A DNA stretch of 63,558 nucleotides. It comes from a virus (Duplodnaviria; Caudoviricetes). The stretch is taken from positions 1-63,558 of the IMG/VR virus record IMGVR_UViG_3300047550_001947; one strand, written 5' to 3'. A model generated the notes under the pieces. The model was not told the origin of the DNA and did no database searches. It saw only the letters and a program-made list of their open reading frames with translations. A program made the translations under genes and the position numbers. Positions 18,875 to 26,800 of the stretch are shown here, piece by piece; within the stretch, counting starts at the first letter, position 1; every line of letters starts with the position of its first letter.

Positions 18875-20679
18875 AATTAAATATAATCACTCCTTTTACA
18901 AGAACTAAATCTAATCTTGTAGAGATATATGAAAGCATTCAGAAAATAACCAAAGCGGAGGTTACATGGATTATTGTCTATAGAGAAGACAAAGAGGATG
19001 AGTTATTTAAACCTGAAGGTGTAGTCACTATAAATGGTGGTGAAAATTGTGTAGCTGGTCATAAATACCGAAATATTGGTATGGACTATTTAGAATCTGA
19101 TGAAAGTTATACTTACTTCTTAGATGATGATAATATTATACACCCAAACTTTGATTTGTTACTAGAAAATGTACAAAAAGATGTAGTATTCTTTGGACAA
19201 ATATTTCCTAATCAAACAGTAAGATTACTTCCTACAGAAATAAAAGTGGGAGGTGTAGACACTGCTATGTTCTTAACCAAAACTAAAGTAATTAAAAACT
19301 ACAGATGGGAAGAAGAACACTACACTGCAGACGGAATACTTGCTGAACAACTTGCAAAATTAGATTGTCAGTACATCTATACTCCATATTGTTTTTACAA
19401 CTATCTTCAGGAAACTATCTTCAATGAAAATCTAGTTCCTAGAAAGAAGATATTAGCATATATGGACTTTGATTCTCCTACAGGATTTGCAACTGTGGCG
19501 CATAATGTTTTGGATAGAATAACACCATGGTGTATAGAAAACAAAATCCGGATAGATGTTGCAGCACTTAACTATGGAATTAAACCACACAAAAGATATA
19601 ACCAGGTAATCACTATTCTAAATCCAATTGCATTTGCTGTTAATGAAGATGACTTCTATTGGAGAGATGGCATTCTAAAACTTCTTACAATTGGGAACTA
19701 TGATTTATTCTGGGCTATGAATGATGTTCCTGTTATAGGACCAATGGCAGACTTTATAAAAAAGCTGCAGATAAAGAAAGAATTTGAAAGAAAGAAGAAC
19801 TTTAAAACTTTATTCTACACTCCTATAGATAGTCTTCCATTTCATAGATACTTTGCTAACTTAAATTTCTTTGATGAGATTGTTACCTATACAGAGTATG
19901 GTAAAGTGGAAGCAGAGAAAGCTTTCTATAGAGCCAATAAAAATCCACTAACTAAACCTAAGTTTGATATCATTGCTCATGGTGTAGATAAGAAATCTTT
20001 CTATAAAATAGATAACAAACAAAAGCTTAGAGAGAAATATGATCTTCCTAAAGACAAGATTATATTTGGTAATTTTAATACCAACACTCCAAGAAAAGAT
20101 TTTGGCACCACTCTTATAGCATTCTGGTATCTAAAGAATTCAGAGTATGGTAAAGACTGTGTTCTATATCTTCACACTGATCCTACAGATAAGAAAGGAA
20201 TAAATATTTATATAGCTGCAGAGAGAATGGGTTTGAAACCCGGTGTAGATATATTCTTACCACTGGAAGAAAAGTTTAAAGAAAAAAATTATAAAGTATC
20301 TGAGCTTAATGAACTATATAATTGTTTGGATTGCTTTGTTACAACTACTACTGCAGAAGGTTGGGGTTTAACTGTAACAGAAGCTATGGCCTGTGAGCTC
20401 CCAATTATATGTGGAATGCATACAAGTTTAAATGAAATCACTAATAATGGTAAGCTGGTATATCCGGTAACAGAATTGTATGATCATATACAATTAGATG
20501 ATGCTGATAATATTAGAGCTGTATTAAGTCCAAGAGCTGTGTACTATGAGATGATAAAAGTTATAACTGATATACATAGTAACAAAACTAAAAAAGAATA
20601 TAAATCCAAGATGGAAGAATATGATTGGGATCTAATAGCTCAACAATGGCTTATAAAACTTGAAAATATATTGAAGTAA
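18871..20679 (+). CDS. Fused GT2-like + GT4 (GT-B) glycosyltransferase
   Basis: N-terminal IITPFTR/YFLDDDN; C-terminal TGFATV, IAHGVD, NTPRKD, LYNCLDCFVTTTTAEGWGLTVTEAMAC. Confidence 0.85.
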   Translation: MKLNIITPFTRTKSNLVEIYESIQKITKAEVTWIIVYREDKEDELFKPEGVVTINGGENCVAGHKYRNIGMDYLESDESYTYFLDDDNIIHPNFDLLLENVQKDVVFFGQIFPNQTVRLLPTEIKVGGVDTAMFLTKTKVIKNYRWEEEHYTADGILAEQLAKLDCQYIYTPYCFYNYLQETIFNENLVPRKKILAYMDFDSPTGFATVAHNVLDRITPWCIENKIRIDVAALNYGIKPHKRYNQVITILNPIAFAVNEDDFYWRDGILKLLTIGNYDLFWAMNDVPVIGPMADFIKKLQIKKEFERKKNFKTLFYTPIDSLPFHRYFANLNFFDEIVTYTEYGKVEAEKAFYRANKNPLTKPKFDIIAHGVDKKSFYKIDNKQKLREKYDLPKDKIIFGNFNTNTPRKDFGTTLIAFWYLKNSEYGKDCVLYLHTDPTDKKGINIYIAAERMGLKPGVDIFLPLEEKFKEKNYKVSELNELYNCLDCFVTTTTAEGWGLTVTEAMACELPIICGMHTSLNEITNNGKLVYPVTELYDHIQLDDADNIRAVLSPRAVYYEMIKVITDIHSNKTKKEYKSKMEEYDWDLIAQQWLIKLENILK

Positions 20680-20710
20680 TTTGGCATGCTATTTGGATAA
20701 AAATAGCATT

Positions 20711-21154
20711 ATGAAAAAATTTACTTTACTTGCTGTTGTACTTTTCGCTGCAAAAGTTGTATCAGCTCAAATGGTTGTTGACCCTGAAATGTTCAAAGCT
20801 AATCCTACTCAGTTTATGGGTAAGGTTGTAGTTATTAAGAATCCTGTATTCAAAGGAAGCTCAATGACTCCAGGATCTCCTCAAGGTGGTGTAGTTAGCT
20901 CGCCTTCAGGATCAGCTGGCACACCAGTAGGTATTGCAGGTCCATCAGTAGGTCCAGCTAAAGCAGCTCATTGTAATCCAATTCCTAACTCTACTTTAAC
21001 TAAGTGGACTTTAGGACCTAACAATGATATCTGTGTACAAGTTGATGCTAAATTAAAACCAATGGTAGATCAGTGTCAAGTTGGTTCTATAGTTAAATCT
21101 ATTAGCTTTAGAGTTACACCTAGTACCTATGTTGCAACTCGTATAGAGAAATAA
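20711..21154 (+). CDS. Secreted/periplasmic protein with Sec signal peptide, possible OB fold
   Basis: MKKFTLLAVVLFAAKVVSA-Q signal peptide, Pro/Gly/Ser linker, three Cys. Confidence 0.6.
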   Translation: MKKFTLLAVVLFAAKVVSAQMVVDPEMFKANPTQFMGKVVVIKNPVFKGSSMTPGSPQGGVVSSPSGSAGTPVGIAGPSVGPAKAAHCNPIPNSTLTKWTLGPNNDICVQVDAKLKPMVDQCQVGSIVKSISFRVTPSTYVATRIEK

Positions 21155-21982
21155 TTAAAATATTCTGTATAAATTAAACATGTCTGTATAGATGGAATTC
21201 AGTGGATCTGCTGAATTCCACTGTACAGTTACATCCAATGTATTACTAATAGTAGTATTAAAAGTAGTGTTGTTTAGATTATAAAATCCAACACTTTCTG
21301 GAGAGTTATTTGAATCTTTATTATAAGAGAATCTTCCTGATGTTGCAATAGCAGCTACTCCTGCAGCACCTATAGATCTAATTGTAAAGTTTATATACAA
21401 TTCCCAGTTTTTATTTGTAGCGGCAGCTAATGTTATAAGACCTGTATCAGCTAAAACTATACTACCTGCTTTAGCTCTTATCTCAAGTTCTTCATTATTT
21501 ACACAAGATATTTTTCCTGAGAAATAAGCAATAAAAGAATCACCCACTTGAAATCCATTAGCCGGTATAGATAGTGTACCTACACCACCATCAATTAATG
21601 TAGTTTCAACTATTGTATTTGTTACAGGAATACTATCAGCTGTCTGTGAATATAAACCAGGACTTAATCCTGATGCAGGCCCATAAGTTAAAAGACCTGT
21701 ACCGGTATTATAATAAACAACATTTGGAGTTATGCCAAAAGAAAGAGTGGTAGTTATACTACCAACAGTTATATCATTGATTGTAACATTACCTGCAGTT
21801 GTTACTTCATCTAATGTAGGTATATAAGGATATACATCATAGAATCTATAGAAGTAAGCTGATAATAAATATAAATGCTCTGCATCAAGAGCATATTCTG
21901 GATCACCGGTTTGTGCATTTCTAGATTCTAATTCCCGTGCCCAGACTGTTAATGCAGCTGCTATATTTAATATTTCTGACAT
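21155..21982 (-). CDS. Putative virion/tail-fibre-associated protein
   Basis: PTLDEVTTAGNVT fibre-type motif and a Thr/Asn/Gly-rich beta domain. Confidence 0.55.
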   Translation of the reverse strand: MSEILNIAAALTVWARELESRNAQTGDPEYALDAEHLYLLSAYFYRFYDVYPYIPTLDEVTTAGNVTINDITVGSITTTLSFGITPNVVYYNTGTGLLTYGPASGLSPGLYSQTADSIPVTNTIVETTLIDGGVGTLSIPANGFQVGDSFIAYFSGKISCVNNEELEIRAKAGSIVLADTGLITLAAATNKNWELYINFTIRSIGAAGVAAIATSGRFSYNKDSNNSPESVGFYNLNNTTFNTTISNTLDVTVQWNSADPLNSIYTDMFNLYRIF

Positions 21983-21987
21983 TCAGA

Positions 21988-22125
21988 TTATCTTCCTTGA
22001 CCTCTATACTTAGATTGAGGAGCTACTTTAGGACCCACAGATTTGTGAGCTTTACCTTTCTTCTTATGCTTTTTTGGAGCTAAAGAAGCAACAGTACCCA
22101 TAGATTTTTTCTTTACAGTTGCCAT
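21988..22125 (-). CDS. 45-aa highly basic protein, absent from the ORF track
   Basis: MATVKKKSMGTVASLAPKKHKKKGKAHKSVGPKVAPQSKYRGQGR*; fills the gap and overlaps the upstream stop (TAATG). Confidence 0.7.
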   Translation of the reverse strand: MATVKKKSMGTVASLAPKKHKKKGKAHKSVGPKVAPQSKYRGQGR

Positions 22126-22487
22126 TATTTTTTTATTTCAGATTGAATTACTGGTAAAGAAACATTAAGTTTCATAGCAAGACCACCTTCCCATCTATCA
22201 GTTTCTATACCATTCTTATAAATAATAATAGTTGGAATGCTTATAATTTTTTGACTAGTCTTGTACTGAGGATTCTTCTCTAGATCACATAGAAAATAAG
22301 CGCAACCCTCAAGCTTTTCAAGACCTGAGTAAGTTGTTACTCCAGGCCATGGTGCAGTATATTGTACAACAACTACAGGTGCTGCTTTAAAATTAATTTT
22401 ACTAGGTGGTTGACTAATCTCTTCTCTTACAAAAAAATAAACTGTTGTAAAAAAAAGTATTGAAAAGATTGTAAAAATGGTTTTCAT
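22125..22487 (-). CDS. Membrane-anchored thioredoxin-fold protein lacking CxxC
   Basis: N-terminal TM; VVVQYTAPWPGVT (WCxxC lost); ISIPTIIIYKNG cis-Pro motif. Confidence 0.7.
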   Translation of the reverse strand: MKTIFTIFSILFFTTVYFFVREEISQPPSKINFKAAPVVVVQYTAPWPGVTTYSGLEKLEGCAYFLCDLEKNPQYKTSQKIISIPTIIIYKNGIETDRWEGGLAMKLNVSLPVIQSEIKK

Positions 22488-22488
22488 A

Positions 22489-22782
22489 TTATTTATTGTT
22501 TATTAATTCTTTTAATTGCATAATCTCTTGTCTAGTAAGTTCATCTTTCATTTGATACTCTTGTCTAGATGGAGGATAAGTTTCTTTAGCTGCAGGATCA
22601 GCAGGATCTACAACATAAACACCATTACCTATTTTAGGTAAAGATTTAGCTTCTTCTAGTTGTCCTAGAATCCAATAGTGGTATCCAATTACTGCAGATA
22701 CAATAGCTACAATACCAGCTAATACTTTAGGAGTTATAGAAAACTCCATATCTTCTCCAAGTTTAACTTTACGTGGTGCCAT
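22489..22782 (-). CDS. Single-TM membrane protein in the lysis cassette
   Basis: Hydrophobic helix VLAGIVAIVSAVIGYHYWIL. Confidence 0.55.
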   Translation of the reverse strand: MAPRKVKLGEDMEFSITPKVLAGIVAIVSAVIGYHYWILGQLEEAKSLPKIGNGVYVVDPADPAAKETYPPSRQEYQMKDELTRQEIMQLKELINNK

Positions 22783-23369
22783 TATTTGATATCTTTAGAT
22801 TCAATTAAAGTGTAAGTAAAAGAGTTGCCGTGAATTTTAGCAGCTTTTTTACAGATTTTCATAAATACATCAAAATCTTTTACACGCTTAAATACTTGAC
22901 AACCTTCAGACCATCTCTCAACCCATGTAGAGTCTTGACCGGCTTTGTGGATATTAATACCATAAACACCTTCTGTTACAGTGTCTGTATCATACTCAGT
23001 ATCACGGTCATTATCTCTATATACTTTGATGTTAGCTTTCTGTCCTAGAGCTTCATACTTACCTTGGTGTAATCTAACCATATGAGAACCGGGATATTGT
23101 CCTGGAACTACTCTTGCTATACCACCAATTGTATTACCAGTAACCATAGGAGCTTTTCCGGGATCAGTGGTGGCATTCCAAATATAGAATTGCCATACAC
23201 CTCCCTCTTTATAAGAGAGAGTTAACCAATCATCAAATAGGTTGGTAACTTTATTACCAGGTGCAGAGTTACGGATACCTATAACATTAACATTATAGTC
23301 TCCGTTCTCAAAGTATTTATAACCTTTAGCTTTTACAGCTGATTCTACTTGCTCTCTTGTAAAACTCAT
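22782..23369 (-). CDS. Putative endolysin (L,D-transpeptidase-like His/Cys peptidase)
   Basis: ATTDPG, YGINIHKAG...WSEGCQV; flanked by membrane-protein genes. Confidence 0.72.
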   Translation of the reverse strand: MSFTREQVESAVKAKGYKYFENGDYNVNVIGIRNSAPGNKVTNLFDDWLTLSYKEGGVWQFYIWNATTDPGKAPMVTGNTIGGIARVVPGQYPGSHMVRLHQGKYEALGQKANIKVYRDNDRDTEYDTDTVTEGVYGINIHKAGQDSTWVERWSEGCQVFKRVKDFDVFMKICKKAAKIHGNSFTYTLIESKDIK

Positions 23370-23662
23370 GGCATAACCTCCTCATCTTTTTTTGGTTTAG
23401 TACCAAATGCTTTAATAGCTCTGTCTATATTAGTGAAGCCGGCTAAAAAAAGAATGACTGTAACCACCGCATCAGTGAGGTGCTCAGATGGTTGTATGTC
23501 CTTGTGAGTGACAGCACTAGCGATAAAACCAAATCCAAGACAAGCAACAAGAAAGAGCATGCTTAATCTTTTAGATGAAGCCTCCCCATCAGCATCAGCC
23601 AAGAATTGCTTGACCCACTCAAATATTGACTTAAAAAATTTCATAGTTATGTAGTTATACAT
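23366..23662 (-). CDS. Putative holin, 2 TM (start probably ATG 23644)
   Basis: SSKR followed by two hydrophobic helices and a charged tail; ATGA-coupled to the lysin gene. Confidence 0.65.
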   Translation of the reverse strand: MYNYITMKFFKSIFEWVKQFLADADGEASSKRLSMLFLVACLGFGFIASAVTHKDIQPSEHLTDAVVTVILFLAGFTNIDRAIKAFGTKPKKDEEVMP

Positions 23663-23674
23663 ATATAATATACC
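23660..23674 (-). promoter_or_regulatory. Putative late promoter of the lysis cassette
   Basis: GGTATATTATATATG, a member of the recurring motif set. Confidence 0.4.
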
Positions 23675-23684
23675 TAAAATTTAG

Positions 23685-23692
23685 TAAATTTG
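23685..23692 (+). promoter_or_regulatory. TAnnTTTG promoter element
   Basis: TAAATTTG ending 8 nt before ATG 23701. Confidence 0.55.
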
Positions 23693-23700
23693 ATAAACAT

Positions 23701-23856
23701 ATGATAGGAATTGATTTTCTTCCCAAACAAGAAATCCTTATGGGTTTAAATGTAGATGCTCTATCCTTCTCATTAGAAGGTGTTGAGAGACAAGCAACAA
23801 GAATTAGTGTAGGAATAATTTTTCTAAAACTAAATATTGTAATTATGCACAAATAA
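23701..23856 (+). CDS. 51-aa protein in its own + strand transcription unit, absent from the ORF track
   Basis: MIGIDFLPKQEILMGLNVDALSFSLEGVERQATRISVGIIFLKLNIVIMHK*; promoter element before and terminator after. Confidence 0.65.
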   Translation: MIGIDFLPKQEILMGLNVDALSFSLEGVERQATRISVGIIFLKLNIVIMHK

Positions 23857-23860
23857 TATT

Positions 23861-23885
23861 AGGGGAGATAACACTCCCCTTTTTT
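23861..23885 (+). terminator. Rho-independent terminator
   Basis: AGGGGAG-ATAACA-CTCCCCT followed by TTTTT. Confidence 0.75.
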
Positions 23886-26800
23886 ATTTTACATAAAAGT
23901 CAGTTACATTATCATATGATCTCCATCTGTTTATTGTATATAAAACAGGGACCGCATCAGACCATTGTTTATTAAGTTTTAGTTCACCTTTTCTACTACC
24001 TCTTTTATAATACAAGCTTTCTTCATCAAATACATAGTTATATGGGAAAGCAAATGTATCACTTACAGCTTCTCCTAATTCACCTAACAGTTTAGAAGAT
24101 GCTATAGGGCTCTTCATTAACATGTATGCATTTGCAGGACTGATAAAAGTTGTTAATTCTGAAGTTTGTCTATCAGCCTGATAAGCTAATGCATTCATTA
24201 ATCTTTTCAATTGCTTATCTTCTTCATCATCCAAATCCATTCCGGCAACTAAACTTGCAATAATTTGTGCAAGTGCAAATGAAGATAGAATTAAAGTAAG
24301 TTCTGTATAAACTCTATTTAAATTCTTTAATTGGTCCTCTCTTAAACTTTGTTTAGCATCTCTGATTTTAGTAAAGATATCACCTCTTGCTGTATAGATA
24401 TGACTCATAAAACTAGCAAAGGTTCTATATCTTCCTTCAATCCATCCTAAATTCTCATCATAGTACTCTCTTTTAAATCTTGCTTTATACGCAGGATACA
24501 CCCATTTATGGAATTGAAAAACTAACTTACCTATACTATAATCCTGTAAAGCAGCACGGTCTTCTGCAGAATAGTTACCATGTATTTGTTTGTTAACTTC
24601 TCTGATAGTATTTCTTAAATCATATCTATCATTATCAGTGATTTCAAATCCGGGTTTTAAAGTTAACTTACCAGTGTTAGGATCAAAATCATAAGCATCA
24701 TAAACAGATAAGCTTTCACCTTTATCATTAACTATCTGTTTAGACATTAATACTGCTATACCAACTTTACTTTGTACATTGGTTTCCGCAGCATCTTGAA
24801 GTACATAACCCCATTCTAGTAAGCCACCTTTATCTTGAACCTCTCTTTGTGCTACACTGTCCACCATTCTGTAATAATAAAGCAATGCTTCATATTTAGA
24901 TTTAGGATCTTTCTCTCCATAGTAACCTTTGCTTGAAGCCAAACCTTTAAATACTCCGGGTAAATACTCAGTGTTATAAACATTAGTGGCTCTAAGCATA
25001 GCTTTTTTATCATAGAATAAACCACCACCTGTTTCTATACCATTGTTTATTCTACCCATTAAATAGTTATTTATATTACCAAAGATGTTAAATCCTACAT
25101 ATGATAAAGATGTTGCATTAAGTATTTTATTAATTACATTATCTGCAGTAGTTTTATCAAATTCTGGTTCTTGATAGTAAACCATCTTTAACCATTTCTT
25201 TAATCTTATTGCAGTTCTACTTTCTGCTCCAGGAATAGTTTTAGCTTTAGTTCCTGTTGCAGTACGCACAAGTACATTTTGTGATTGTATATACTCTCTA
25301 TTCTCAACTACACGCTTTAATGTAAAGATTGTATCTTCTACACTTGTTAAGTGTTGATAGTTAGAGGCCATAGCTCTAAACTTAATTAAGCTATCTACAA
25401 GATCTGTATTGAGTTCATCTTTGCTAAGTAAAGCTTCATTTCTTTTAAGTTGATTATTCAACTCTTTCATCTGCTGTCTATACTTAGTAGTAGATATCTT
25501 ACCATCTTTAAACTGATCTTGTAAACTCTGTATATCAGTTTTGATTTTATCTATCACATACTGACTCTTAATCTTACCTGTAAAGAAAATAGGTGGGGTT
25601 TCAATAACATTACCCTCTTCATCTGTAAGAACTACTTTCTGATAGCCGGCATCTGTAAAGCTTTTAAACCATGTGCTCACTGATTTTGTTAACAAACTTG
25701 TAGCACTGGCTGGATTCTCTTTTAATTTATTTAAGAAATTTTGTTTCTGTCTTGGAAGCTTACCAGTCATCTCTTTTTTAACAGAAGGAGGAAGCATCTT
25801 AAGAGCGCCATTCTCAAATTCTTGTAACCAAAATTCATAGAATTCTTTTTGTGCTCTTCCTAACTCTGTAGTAGGGTTCATAATCTTTACATACTTCTCA
25901 TCAAGCATGCTCATACCATTTTCAGATACCTCTCTTACCTCTTTAAATTCTGGTTTTACAAACCAGCTTTTTCTAACTGTAGTTGCTCCTAAATAACTAC
26001 CATCCTTCTCTTTTTGTGCAGTTACATACTCAGAGTAATTATAGTATTTATTTCTATACACCGCATACTCAGCGTCTGATACACCACGCTTTTTTCTCCA
26101 GCCATAATTTTTATACTCTTCATATTTTTCTCTCTGTTTTTTAAACTCATCAGTGTATTTATGAAACTCACCATCCAGGATTTTACCATTTACCACTTTT
26201 TCAGCGGCAGTAAAATCACTGTATGCTTTTCTATTCTTGTATAGTTCTTGGTTAAATCTTATATCTTCAACCTTAGCATCATCTAAATTAGGTATGTTTA
26301 TATATTCTAACCAGTTACCATTATTATCTACAAGATTATTTCTTAAGTCATAAAACATCTTATAGTACTGATAACCAATCTTTTGTACATATCTACCTGT
26401 AAATTTATTATCTTTATCATAAACCAACATGAAATCATAGTTAGGTTTACCATTTGATAAACTTGCTAATCTATTACCAATAGCAATAGCTCTTTCACTA
26501 AATTGCTGTACATCGTCTTCTATCTTTTGTTTCTCCCTTTTATATACTTTATCAATAAGGGCCAAGATAGTATCTGTACTTGTTGCTAAGTCACCAAGTT
26601 GAGCATCAGCTATAGAGATATCATTAGTCTCAGTAATTATAGCTTTTATATCTTCTTCTGTAAAGTTTCTTGTAGAGTTTGTTTTAATAAAGTTTATAGT
26701 AAAGTTTTCTATTGCTTGATCAATTGTTTCATCAGCAATATTCAAAAGATCTGTTACAGCAATTGCTATATCTCTCTGACCTGGATTAATTACATTACTT

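Noticed and set aside
21193-21220. Perfect 10-bp inverted repeat near the convergence of the two arms
   Set aside because: It lies inside a coding region and lacks a U-tract, so it cannot be called a terminator.
23655-23852. 65-aa minus-strand ORF from the track
   Set aside because: It shadows the + strand 51-aa ORF, which has a promoter element and a correctly oriented terminator.
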